A stretch of DNA of 63,984 nucleotides, filler included, from Reticulomyxa filosa (GCA_000512085.1; 27 parts of 27 records of this genome joined end to end with filler, not necessarily neighbours in it), one strand, 5' to 3'; positions 11,769 to 25,079 are shown, counted from the whole stretch's first letter. Notes: generated by a model not told the origin, from the sequence alone. Numbers and translations: made by a program.

Positions 11769-14194
11769 TTGCACAATGGCAATGTCCAGGTAACTCCGAA
11801 CACGCTTCAAACGAAGAAACAGGAAAAGAAAAAAGAAAAAAGCACAGACGATAAGACGAAGACGATGTCGGAAGAGTGGTCGGGCACAGACAAGAATGGA
11901 AAGACCGTGGTGGAGGTGTTGGACTTGCTGCGACGAAGTCAAAACGAGACGGAGATGAAAGAGGAGGAATTGAAAGTGAACCAATCGAGCACTGCCAAAC
12001 CGGAAAAGGAGCAAAAGGATGTTGCCATCGACAGCACATTGCCAATGAACTTTGATCAAAAGGGCGACCCCCTTCAACACAAAAAAGAAGACGTCAATGG
12101 TACGTAGCTTGGTTTTGTTTGTCATTTGTATTCTTTTCCAAATTTGCTAATAACTCAACTTACACACACACACACATACACATATACACATATACACATA
12201 TACATATACATTTCACCGGATGACAGAACAAAAAGAAGCCAAAACAGACGATAACCTGCTATCCGCGTATACCAATGATCTGGACTACTTGCAAGACCAT
12301 TTCGAGGTGATTGTATTGCGATTTCGATTGTTGCGTGGCGAAATGAACACCGGCTTCAATGAAGACTTTGCGTACAATGACACGTATGCACAACAGCAAC
12401 AGCAAAGACGTGCCACGTCGAAACGGGAGACCGAAGCCAAGCTCCAGCAAAGCATCCAGAAATGTAAGATACGTTTGGAAGCCACATTGCAAGAGCGCAC
12501 GTTTTTACCACGCGTGGAGAAGCTGGTCAAAGAGCTGAAATTGGACGTTTTCGAAAAGTGGGTATTGCTTACTCTTGTAGCCCAAGTCCTCAGTGCGGAC
12601 GTGCGCAAGCACTTACGATATCAAGCGAGGGCTGTCACCGTCGAAATTCTCTTGTCTTTGCACGTTCGCTTTTTTCTTTTTCCTTTTCGCGAGTCTCAAG
12701 GGAGGGGTTACTTGTCTTTCCGTCTGTTTGCTTGCTTGTGCTCACAATATATATATATAGTGCACTGAGTTACGAGACCAAATCGAAAAGCGAAAGTACT
12801 TTTACAAAGGTGCCACGTTAATCAAGGAGGGAATTGTGACTATGCAAGAAGGAGGAATGGGAGCAAATCTGATGAGTGCCGTACTGGAAATGGATCGAAG
12901 AATGGTATGCACATATATGTACATATACATATACGTATACATATATGTATATGTACGCTCCAACACCAATGTCAACACATGAAACATAAACATAGGTGGA
13001 TTATTGTGTGGCATTGGACACGGAATTCAAATCCTTGGTGGAAGGAAGTGTTCTGTTCACTCCAACCGCAACTTTAGAACGCGTCATTTTACCCGAGGAA
13101 ATCAAGTCGTCGATCGTCAGTCGAGTGCAAAATTTAAAAGAGCTACAAAACAACCAAGAAAAATACGGCTTTACCGAACACGGATACGGAAATGGGTTGG
13201 TTTTATTGTTTCATGGCATATCAGGTACCAATTGTTTTTGTTGTTGTATTGTTTGTACGTGAATGAACAAATCTATATAACATTGGAAAAAAAACAAAAC
13301 AAAACAAGGAACGGGTAAAACGTTAATGGCCAATGCATTGGCCAATTGCATGGGCAAGAAGATATTGTTGGCCAACTTCCCGACTTGAGAATTGCGCACG
13401 CCTCGCATAAAACGGATAATGGCGTGAAGGACACCTTTCGATTTATTTTCAGAGAAGCGAAAATTCAAAACGCAATTGTGTTCTTTGATGAATGTGAGTC
13501 GTTGTTTGAAAGCCGTGATTACAAATCGCTGTCCTCCGAGGTTAATACTGCCTTGTCTTGCATTGAGCAATATGACGACATCATTGTTATGGCGACCAAT
13601 CGACCCTATGATTTGGACGAGGCTATGTATCGTCGTATTCACATGGTGTGTTGAGGATTGTTTTCCTTTGTGTAATATATACATATACATATATATATAT
13701 TTATATATATATATGTATGTATATATGTATATATGTACATATATGGTGAATGGAATTGGGAAAGTATAGGTTGTCGAGTTTCCACCACCAGATATGCATT
13801 TGCGACAAAAGATTTGGGAAAAACATTTCCCGCCCAATTTACCTTTGGACGATGACGTGGACGTGGCGGAATTGGCAATGAAATTTGAGCTGACAGGTGG
13901 ATTTATTCGCAATGCGGTGTTGGCGGCAATGCAAGCGGCATTGCTTCGCGACAAAGAAAAACTAAAAATCACGCAATCCGATTTGCTGACCAGTTGTGAA
14001 CAGCAAATTATGGGCCAATTGCAATTGACTGGATTTGACGAACGTGTTCTGCCCAAAATCAAATTGAGAGATTTGTGTTTGGAACAGGCGCAATTGCAAC
14101 AATGCCACGAAATCATAGCTTTGTTGAAAGGAAAGAAAGTATTGACAGGACAATGGGGTTTCAAAGAGGCTGGCACTCGCATATTGTTGATCGG
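11769..14194 (+). CDS. AAA+ ATPase with N-terminal winged-helix-like region and tandem AAA domains, partial
   Basis: Walker A HGISG|TGKT is split by intron 13225-13308. Walker B IVFFDECE, SRH ATNRPYDLDEAMYRRI, and LTGGFIRNA. A second AAA domain begins at KLRDLCLEQ...WGF...ILLIG. One apparent single-base frameshift near 13385. Confidence 0.9.
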
Positions 14195-14260
14195 TATGTT
14201 CAATCCAAAAACTGTGTTTTGTGTTCCACCAATGTATGGGCAACATTGACAATACTATTT

Positions 14261-14296
<36 letters not shown>

Positions 14297-14396
14297 NNNN
14301 NNNNNNNNNNNNNNNNNNNNNNNNNNNNNNNNNNNNNNNNTTAATTAATTAANNNNNNNNNNNNNNNNNNNNNNNNNNNNNNNNNNNNNNNNNNNN

Positions 14397-14880
14397 CTGA
14401 ATTATTAGTAATTTGTCCTCAACAATTTGATTTGAAAAAAGGACAATTAAATGAAGTAATAAAATCAGAAGGATACTGGAATGAATCAAATTTAAATTCA
14501 AATTCAAAAAATAATTGCAATTGCAATTATAAAGGAAAAATGAAAGATTTGAAAGATCATTTGGATAACTCATGCAATTTGATTTCAAACAAACAAAATA
14601 TTCCATATGAAATTACAAATGAATTGAATGAGATGAATAGGCAAATAAAAGAATTGCAAAATATGATTAAAGATTTACAGTCGCAATTGCAATCTGAAAA
14701 AGTACAAACAGTTTGGTTATATTATTTTTGTCTTTTTGCTTAAATAAATGATTAAAAATATATATATGTATATATATTATCAAATTAAAAAAAGGAACAA
14801 TTGAAACATTTAAAAGTAGAGTCATTAAAGAAAGATCAACAAGCAATTGAACTAAATACAAAGATGAATCAAATTATTAT
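14397..14880 (+). pseudogene. Truncated TRAF-type Zn finger + coiled-coil gene copy, inverted paralog of the gene at 15576-16863
   Basis: CNYKGKMKDLKDHLDNSC finger. About 14612-14879 is the near-identical reverse complement of about 16602-16863, including the intron. Homology stops abruptly at about 14880. Confidence 0.7.
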
Positions 14881-15575
14881 ACATTACAACAATTGAAACA
14901 AACTTTGAGGATATTCAAATTAGAGTGGATATCACTTCCAACGAACAAATAAAAATCAATATCAAATCATCTCAAATGTGATATTTCTTTTTGACAGCAA
15001 CAAGTCTTTCAAAAGCAAAATAAGCAAGATTTTGAAATGGTGTAATGAAATAATCGACATTGATCACAAGGAGTGTATGTGTGTCAAATCAATATAGTTT
15101 TCGTATCATCTTATCATTTTTAACAATGAAACATACTTCACCACATGTACTGAGTGATATAAAAAAACTTGATATATCTCCTGGAAAAATACAATCTCAA
15201 TTATGTAAAATAATTTCTTTATTCATCACGCTGTGATTGAAGTAATCTCATTTCATTCGTTTCTTCAATAAACATTTATATTTGCACATAAATATATATT
15301 ATCATACTCAACTTCTTCAAAAAACTTTGCTTGATCCAATTCAAATACTTATATGTGGAAAAAATCCCAATTAATTTCAATCAGAATATTCAAAATATGT
15401 TACTACATTAATGGAATAAAAATAAAATTTGAAGTATTTTTAACAAAATGATGCCATTTACACTGAGAGTTAGCATGAAGTAAATTTCATTTCAAAATAC
15501 TTAAACTTCCAAATCAAAAAAAAAATAAAAATCATTTCAATTCAAAAAATTTGAAAATAAAAAAGTAGAAAGAAA

Positions 15576-16863
15576 TTATTTGTGAATCCTATTAAAAGGT
15601 TTTGGATCCATTTTTAAAATATCATTTGATGATAATTCAATACCATAAATTGCAATTCTTCCCTTTCCACCTCTGTTGCCTCCACCTCCTCCAATACATT
15701 TGATAGTTCCAAAAGTTTGTTTCAATTTTTTTAAATATTGACACTGTAATTCAATTAATATTGATCCTCCACTTCCACCACCACCATGACTATTCCCTCC
15801 ATTGGATTGAATCGATCCATGATTGATCAATTGCTGTTCAATTGTCAGTTCAATTATTCCACCACCGCTTCCTCCAATAATTCCAACTCCTCCACCACCT
15901 CCACTTCCAAAATGAATTTGTTTCAACAAAGTCTCTTCTCCATACATTTTTCCAGCTTGTCCATAATCTCCTTTTCCACCTGTTCCATCTGTTCCATATC
16001 CACCACCACTTCCTTTTTCACCTTTTCCAGGACCTTGACCCCCTGGATATCCCAATTGTGAGCAATCAATTTTGGATGAAGAATACTTAATCCACAAATG
16101 ACTTGTTTTGATTTTTAGATGTCCAAGTTCGTCTTCATCATATTGTCTATCATAATCAAGAGTTAAAGTGATACGTTCCCCAAGTAAAAATATTCCAAAA
16201 TTATAATTATTCCATTCATTGTTTTTTAATTTTATTTTTTTTCTATTTTCAGTAACCAATAAAAAATCAACTCCATTTTTCAAATTTGAACTTTGAATGA
16301 ATAACAATATATTCTCACAATTTTTGAGTCCTAGTTTTTCTTTTTGTTCATTTTTTTGTTTTTCTTCAATTTGTATGTCCATTTGAGATTGAATATTTGT
16401 ATTTTGATTTTTTTGACTAAATTTGATTTGATATTGTTCCAATTGTTTTTTAAGTTCAATATTATCTGTTTTTAATTGTTCAATGTTATTTGTTAATACT
16501 TGTCTTAAGTTGTCAAATTGTTTGTTGTTGGTTTTCACAAGTTCTTCCAATTTAATTTTCCATTGTTCATTTTGCTCATTTTGTTGTTTTTTTAAATCAA
16601 TAATAATTTGATTCATCTTTGTATTCAGTTCAATTGCTTGTTGATCTTTCTTTAATGACTCTACTTTTAAATGTTTCAATTGTTCCTTTTTTTAATTTGA
16701 TAATATATTTTATTTTATTTTTTATCATTTATTTAAGCAAAAAGACAAAAACAATATAACCAAACTGTATGTACTTTTTCTGTTTGCAATTGCGATTGTA
16801 AATCTTTAACCATCTTTTGCAATTCTTTTATTTGTTTACTCATCTCATTCAATTGATCTGTAA
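15576..16863 (-). CDS. Coiled-coil protein with C-terminal glycine-rich (GSGGG...GGGII...GGGSGGSI...GRIAI) domain, 5'-partial
   Basis: Open 367-aa frame plus an upstream exon. Heptad-rich N-terminal half followed by a Gly-rich repeat domain ending at stop 15576. Confidence 0.8.
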
Positions 16864-19800
16864 NNNNNNNNNNNNNNNNNNNNNNNNNNNNNNNNNNNNN
16901 NNNNNNNTTAATTAATTAANNNNNNNNNNNNNNNNNNNNNNNNNNNNNNNNNNNNNNNNNNNNAATTGGGATGGAACATCAATTGCGAAGTCATTCGTGC
17001 AATTGGAGTCATTGGACCAATTTCTGTATATAACAATTTGATCACCATAACAAATATTTCATCATAAGAAGTGCTTGTAACTGTAAAAAATCAAAAAAAG
17101 GTAAAGAAGTGACTGCGAAGAAAGCAGGAGAATTTGCAAAACGAAAACATGCAGCAGTGCTAATGGAGATGATACACAACCAAAAATCCAAACAATACCA
17201 TTAACAGCAGCAACATCAATAATAACGACGTTGCTGCGAACAAGCATAGCCATCATACCAATTAAAAAAGAATAGTCGATGTCCAAGTCCTTGCAGTGTC
17301 GAAGCAAATCTATCAACACCATTATATAACTGCCATTGATGAAGAAAAAGATCAAAGAGAATAATCGAAAGATTGCAAGAAAAGACTATTGAAGATAGTG
17401 ATAGCGAGCAGTCTGAATTGGAGTTTTGTGAAATCAAAATAAATAAATACATATGATAAACAGATAACACTTGCTACTTTACATTGCATGAAAATAATAA
17501 CACTGTTGAAGTAAATTGTATTTAACAATGTAAATAGAAATTCTGATTTACATTATGCATTATGATATAATATTAGTAAATGGACAATATTGGTAAATGG
17601 ATAAAATTATTAAATGACATAAAGTAAATGCGACTAGTTACATCATTAAAAATATTAAAAAATAAATAAATAAATTATAAATCATTATGGTAAAAAAAAA
17701 AATGCAAGCAAAGAAATATGTATTACCACATACAAATATTACAAGCAAAAACGCAGCATATAATAAATTAGAACAACAAATTTTGTATAATAGCAATATA
17801 TATTCAAAGATTTGTAAAAATTACAATCTAAAACAATTCATCAAATGAACTTGCCATCAAGTTTTTTTTTTTTAGCAAAACAAACATAAAAAAAAAAATC
17901 ATAGTGTGTTTTCGTATAAAAACAAAAAATTTTGTATATCTCGATATACATATACAATGAATTGATGTTGATTTGACTCTATTTGATATTTTTGGAAGAG
18001 ATATGATATTTCATAATGTTTACAACACATTTCTATCATTATTTTCAATTCATTTTTTTTTTCATTTTGTTCAATTTAAAAATCATAAACATTCTGTAAA
18101 CATTTTTTTTTTTATCGCTACCATAAAATCTTAACTTGCTGATATCGTAAGTAGAAGAAATCTTCTTCAATTTTACAAGTGTGTCTAAATAAATGTAATT
18201 AAATTGTTTCCATGTTTTCAAAATGATTGTTTTGTCCATCTTATTACTAAATACTTCTAATAATTGTATTACATGCAGTTGTTGGTAAATTATGATATAA
18301 TTGGAAAACAGTTTAAACAATAAATGCACCATCACAAATAGTATCAAATTGAAAAAAAGAGCTAATTATATTAGTGAACTTGAATTCAATACAACACTCA
18401 TTTTTCAATTAATTTTGATTTTCATTCAAAGGTATGATAATATTGTTTTCAAAATTATCACAATTTCTTGTGTTTGTTGTTTATTGATTTTCAAAATATT
18501 TTATCTTGATCAGTATAAACTGAGAACTTGACAGCGTATCAAAATTAGAGTTTTTTCTCGCTCTTCCTCCTGTTTCTTTCAAAGAGTTGAAGAGAAAACA
18601 CAAAATAGCCATTTTTTCTAACAAATTGTAAAAAATCAAGAAAGTGGTTGTCTAAAATAAATATTTTGATTACAATTGAATGAAAAACAAAAAAAAACAT
18701 AACTAATAGCAAGTTTATCAAAATCAAATGTAATGTAATACTCAAATCCAATGTTGTACGATTACAAAAATATCTTCTTCCCTTGACTAGTTCAATCACA
18801 AAGCACATTTAATAAAACTGACATCTAAAAATTTGAAATAAAGTTTATCAGTACCAGATGTGTTAGAAATTTTTTTTTTATTAGTAAAAGTAATCATTCT
18901 TTTTTTGATTAACTGAAATAAGAAATTGGACAATGAACATCAATATTGTACATTAGTTCCATAATTCAATGATTTTTAGTTATTCAATAACACAACACGT
19001 CAAAAATGAATCTTTATTGTTACAAAGAACAATTATTTTAAAAAATTGAAAATGATTAATAAAATTTATTTTCACAAACATAAATAAAACTTTTGTACAA
19101 ACTATGATATAAATTAATACCCATTAATTATTTGATTTTTTCAGTAATGCAAATTTAAGAAATCTAATTCCATCATCTGCTTTCACTTAGTCACTGGATG
19201 AAATGCATAAACAAAAAAAACATTACACATTTGACAACAATTTTGCCAAAATTAATTTTATTTTTAATATCCGAATCAAATGTCGAATAATTAACTGGGT
19301 CTTTTCTTCTTCTGATTAATTCAATCACATACAAATTATAATGTAGAAATGTAATGACAATCAACTTTAATGAAGCTTACCAATGCTAATTGCGTTATCA
19401 AACGTGGTCATTTTTTGTTTTTCCTCTTAGTATAGTTTCAAACTTTTTTTTAAAAGAGTTAAGAGATTTATACAAATTGCATTTACAATACCGTTTTTGA
19501 AACAATTATTAAATACTGAAATTATATTTTAAAACTTTTTTTTTATAAAAGAATATCTACAAAATAATGTTTCTTTATCGGAAAAAAATCAATCATCTTT
19601 AAAAAATGTTATTGTTCATATTTATTACAAACTAATTCAATTACATTATTTGCAATTTATTTCAAAGTTTTTCAAAAGTTTCATTTTAGTTGAAGAAGCT
19701 ACCCAGACACTGTTACAACATTTAACAAGAGAAAAAGCGTTCAGCTTATTCAGTTTATTTTCTTTTTTATGTAACAGAACATGATATTCATCTTTTTTTA

Positions 19801-20089
19801 TCTTTTTTAAGTTTGTGCAAAAAAAGTCTCATTTGTGTACAAATGAAGCCAAGAGATTAATTGTTTTGAATGAAATAAAAGAAAAAATTGAGCAATCTTA
19901 TTTTGATTTTTTTTTTAGTGTAGAGATAACAAGCATTTGTTCTTAAAAAAAAATAGTATCACCAAATTTCAATTAGTTTTTTTTTGTTTNNNNNNNNNNN
20001 NNNNNNNNNNNNNNNNNNNNNNNNNNNNNNNNNTTAATTAATTAANNNNNNNNNNNNNNNNNNNNNNNNNNNNNNNNNNNNNNNNNNNN

Positions 20090-21113
20090 AAAAAAAAGGT
20101 AACCAATATTGTCGAGTGGCCTTGGGAACCGAAAGTCGAGATTGTCACGTTGACCACAGGTTCAAATGTGTCGTGGTAGTCGGCAAGGAGGAAGCACACA
20201 GTGCAAATATGCCCATAGCATTTCTCAGTCGTTTCGAAAAGCAATTCATATCCTATCGTAATGCCCTGCCAAGCAACATTGAAAAGTATCTTTCAATCGC
20301 CTGCAATGTGTTGCAGACAAGTTTCAAACGACAGATCCACCAACTGCCGAGATTGTTTTGTGGATATTGCAAAGATACCCTCTTCTCCGCATTGCTGTAT
20401 TTGGCCACACAAAAAGCAAACAGTGAAGATGAGGAAAAGAAAGAGCAAACGGAGAAAAATCCCACTTTCGATTTGAGCAACATAAAATTCGACGACAAAG
20501 AATTAAAAGAGGAGCTGTTGAACTTGTTTCAACCCTTGTGTCAACCCAAAGAAATTGTCAAAATGTCGATTGAGGGAGATGTGAATTTTCACTCATTGGT
20601 AAAAAAAAAAAAAATAAGTGTGTACCTTTTTTTCAAAAGTGGTTTAAATTGAGAGAGGACACTTATAAATCAAACAAAATATTACTGCATATATGTACAT
20701 ATATATATATATATATGTATATAATAAATGAAAAAGGGACCAATTATAACCTCCCAGCAAAAAGACGCGAAAAACCAAATGTTAATGGTGACAACAAACG
20801 ATATGGAATACAACATTCCTTTGGAGTGGGAACGCTGCACAACAAAAATTGAGTCGTTTAAGAAGGTGAGCGAATTCGAAAAGGAGGTGAAAGAGTTTTT
20901 TAACAGCAAGCAAGTGAAGGATGACGTGTTAATCTTGCAATGTCGCTACACGTCAAAAACTAAGAGTCTATTGGAACAAGTGATAAGTATTCTCCAGGTT
21001 GAACATCATCTGTTTTACAAAGTCGCTGACAATCATTGCGCAAACAAGCTGATCGTCTTGCTTATTCACACTAATCGAAAATCACCATTTCCTTTGATAT
21101 TTACCCGGTATAT

Positions 21114-21153
<40 letters not shown>

Positions 21154-22299
21154 GTAAACAAAGAATAAAACCAAGTACTTTAATATCAAATGCACAATAT
21201 GAATGAAATAACAGAAAGTGGAGACTCGTATACGTTGACTATTTGCTATCAACGAAGCCAATATCATTGCAAAAGGACTTGAAAAAACCAGTGGCAGAAG
21301 TAATGAGTGGTGATTCTAAACCGAATTTGACGGATTGCGCATCCAGAGCATTTGGGAAGTTGCACTTTCCACGTTCGATGAATTGTCTGAAAGAAAAGAA
21401 AAAGCTGTCCAAGTTGTTTAGCAAAGATGAGTCCAACAAATGCGGGGCAATTCTAGAACAGCGATTGATGTCACTTTTGTCGGAGGCAATGAGATATCGT
21501 TCGGTCGAGGATATTCTGCTCGAGTTGACTCCTCAAGAGGAATCGAAAGAAATGGAGATGTCTTTTTTCGAAAGGCACCAGAACATTCTTGACACCTTGT
21601 TAATCTTGGCATTTGTCGATGTGCTGTTGGTAGTTTATCAAAATGGTGGTTTCAAAGTTTTGACAATCATTTATTTTTCTTTTACAAAAAAAAAAAAGCA
21701 AGTCAATTTACGAAAGTAAAGTATGAATGTATGGATTTGTTTGTGTGGAAAGAAATACTTTAAAAGCAAGAAAAGGAACAATCAAGAGTATCAACAATTG
21801 TTTGAGATGGCGCTGAGCAACAGCGAATTAGTGCCAATGAAAACACCGACTATCACGGTAAATCAACTGTTGTTAGTTGCCATTGAGCCGGAGCTGTACG
21901 TAGTCCGAGCGAGGACCAAGTCGTTATTTCCATTTTCGCATTGCATCCATAAGTGGTGCCAACAGCAATTTTCGTCGAACAAAGAACTGCCATCTGTTGA
22001 AATCGCGCATCGCGTGACGATATTGGAGCAAGTGCCTATTGGAAATGGCAAAGACAGTCTGAAGCAATGGGAGTCGATATGCTCCGAAAAAGCCAATGGC
22101 ATTTACGCGATGGATTTAATCCGAAAGTACTTTTCCCAGTCCTTGCACAAGTGCAAGCAGCGACGTATATTGCGCGACATCCTCGTCGCTATGGCGCAGC
22201 TATCGTGTGGCAAGACCTCCATTGTCGCAATCGAGGTGGTCGTGCACTATTTGCGTCAACTCATTTCTTATTACGCACAGATGATCGCTACGTACTTTT
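20090..22299 (+). CDS. RNF213: RNF213/mysterin-like protein, second paralog, internal fragment
   Basis: Begins GNQYCRVALGTESRDCHVDHRFKCVVV...MPIAFLSRFEKQ and LFCGYCKDTLFS, resembling RNF213 AAA segments (recalled as YVDLGLGTHRVKCRVHPNFRLIV...PIPLINRLEKH and VFIGYHSDACAS). From about 20613 onward it is colinear with 2364-4043, with the same intron positions. Confidence 0.8.
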
Positions 22300-23765
22300 N
22301 NNNNNNNNNNNNNNNNNNNNNNNNNNNNNNNNNNNNNNNNNNNTTAATTAATTAANNNNNNNNNNNNNNNNNNNNNNNNNNNNNNNNNNNNNNNNNNNNA
22401 TTCTAGGGTTTTTTAAATGATGAACTTTTTTCTTTTTTGCAGTCGCTGAGTGGTGTCTTTCGTATTCAAGACACTAGTTGGAATTGTGGCTAGTAAAGTT
22501 AAATAATATTTTTTGTTTTATGTTTTATTCTTTATTTTTTATTTTTGAAGGCTTACAAATTTAAAATATTCAAAAACACACCTTCAAATAAAAATATGTA
22601 TGAAAGATTGTATTGGAGATTGGATTTGTGGATTGCTGATTATATTTTAGTTATTATGGAAATGGTGGTGATTGGAATGGTGGCCTCGTTGCTGTGGGCC
22701 AGTCAGCCTCATGAGATTATAATCGAGGGTTTGCGCAAAAATCACATTCCATCTCAAAATTTTTAGTAAAACATAATATAGCATCTGTGGAGAAACAAAA
22801 TAACAAAATAAAAACACTCTTTTTAAAAAGAGTCGCTTTCTCAAAAACCAAACTGGCAGCCTCTTATCAATTGTGACTCACTCAGTATTTTTCCAGTTTT
22901 TGGCGTTCTCTTTCGCTTCTTCTCCTTCTTTGTTTGGAGGGGTGCCATTTGTTGAGTTGCTGTTTTTTTTAGATCCTTTTTTCTTCCACTTTATCTAATT
23001 GACCATTTGTCAGGCCCTTTTTTTTCATAAAATACTTTCAAAGATGTCTTGTAGGAAAAGAAGAGGATAGTCTAGGCAGTCCAACTGCGCAAAGCTGACA
23101 TACTATCTTTTATTTGACTATCTGCTGTTTCATTTGAAGGAATATTACTTCATCTCTGCAGAAGTTGTTATTTTTGTAGTGATAGTTTTTATTATTGAAT
23201 AATTTTGATAATCGTGCACATTAGATATTTTTATTAAAAAAAGATAATACTATTTGTAAGTATGAAATATTTTTGCATTTTAAAGTTGTGATTTTTCTTA
23301 AATATATGTCAGTTTTCTATATGCTAGAATAAACTGTTATTTTTAAAAACAATTTCAAAAAAAATAAAAAATATTTTTTTTCATTAAATATTGACCAGAT
23401 AATTCGTTATTGTATTATTTATCTATTTTGTCAAATCAAAACTATGTCAAAAAATCAATTAATCAACACGTCACAAGAGGGAACGTAGTTCCATTTTATT
23501 TTTTTTTGTATTTGTAATGTTTTCTCTTGACAGCAAACTAAGTGAATAGTGATTATCAATGTGTGTCAAACAACTTAGAGGATATATATTCATTTTTGAC
23601 TTGTAAATTTTCAAGAAATGAAAAAACAATTAACAATTTTTTCATGTTAAAACTTTAATCAAACCGAATATATTGAGTAGATATTTAAAAAAGATTAAAT
23701 TTTTCATGCAAAAATTGCAAGTATTTGCAGTAGTTCATTTTATGGTGATCTTTTTTTGCTGTCGA

Positions 23766-24979
23766 TTATAAATCCACTTGTGCAAATGAAATGTTGGTAA
23801 GTCTCTCTGCAATCCTCACAAAATGAGCTTCCAAATTGTTTGCATCCGAATTATTTTTTACTGTTGCACCAACTTTTCTTGCCATTGAATTCAAAGTAGC
23901 GCTATTACATTTGTTGAAATTACAAGGGTAGAAATAAAATCCATTGGAACAAAATGCTTCAACTTCTGCCAAGAGTTCAGAAGCTCCATTATCTTCATCT
24001 TCGCCATCAGTCAAAAAAATAAGGATAATAGACTTTAAGTTGTTCCTTTGCACAACTTCGTAGACGCATCGAATGGCGTTAATAAATGATGTACCCCCCC
24101 CCCATGACACATTAGCAGGATAAAGAACAGTCGGAACTGTATCTAGATTGAATGATATGTTTTCTGCAATAATTTTGGCTGTATTGTCATAAAATATGAT
24201 CGTCCCTTTGTCTCTATATCCCGTTTCCCATCGTTGTTGAATAAACGAGTGAACTATTTTCGAGTGTTTGTATGTACATATTTTGTTCATAAACAATTTA
24301 GGCAAACATAATTTTATTTTAAACATTCAACTGGCATCATACGCCGCACCCAATCTGTTGTCAAGACCACGTGCATTAAGGTGAAATTTGTAGTCCTTTG
24401 TCTTCTGTCTTTTGGCCCTAACATCAGTAAGGGCCATACTTATGCTAACATCGACAGCGAAAATTCTTTTTGATAGATGTTTGTGAACAACAAAAATTTG
24501 TATTTATTTAGGACTTTTTTTGATGACAACTTTTCTTAAAAAAATGTAACACATGGTAGCTGTCATGAGAGCATGTGAAAACATGACTATTCATGACAGT
24601 GGTGTTGGTAGAGTTGCTCTTTTGTTTTGTCACAGGAGAGTGCCATAGTCTTTCTAAGCAATAAGATTTATTGGCTTCATCACATTCATCTTTGGTTTTT
24701 TCATGACTAGTATGAGAACAAAAATAGTTGCATCTTTCAAATTGTTTTTGCAATGAAGGTCGACAAGGATCCTCAAATTTCAAACACTTCTCCCAATAAT
24801 ATTTGTGAGTGACTTTGTCCAAATCATCTCTTCCTCCGCATTCATCACGATTTGCATGTCTTCGTACATAATAAGTTTTATTATCTGTTGTTTCCATAAC
24901 ATCACAACTTTCGTCTCCATGTTTGTTGCATTTGATCAGATGGAAATGGCCTCTTCCCATTTTCTCGCAAAAGAAGTCA
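23766..24979 (-). CDS. C-terminus of a large protein: Cys/His-rich region followed by a von Willebrand A domain
   Basis: Exons 24979-24551, 24465-24332 and 24253-23766 splice in frame. MIDAS motif HVIFAVDVSISM, NRLGAAYDA, GGGTSF and IFLTDGED. Confidence 0.85.
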
Positions 24980-25079
24980 NNNNNNNNNNNNNNNNNNNNN
25001 NNNNNNNNNNNNNNNNNNNNNNNTTAATTAATTAANNNNNNNNNNNNNNNNNNNNNNNNNNNNNNNNNNNNNNNNNNNN

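Noticed and set aside
13375-13390. Single-base frameshifts in otherwise intact genes (also near 61700 and 62688) as programmed frameshifting
   Set aside because: All fall in short homopolymer runs and are fixed by one added base, which is typical of homopolymer sequencing error.
16964-19989. AT-rich contig with short ORFs
   Set aside because: No recognisable motif. The first 500 nt or so may be a decayed gene end, but I cannot support a call.
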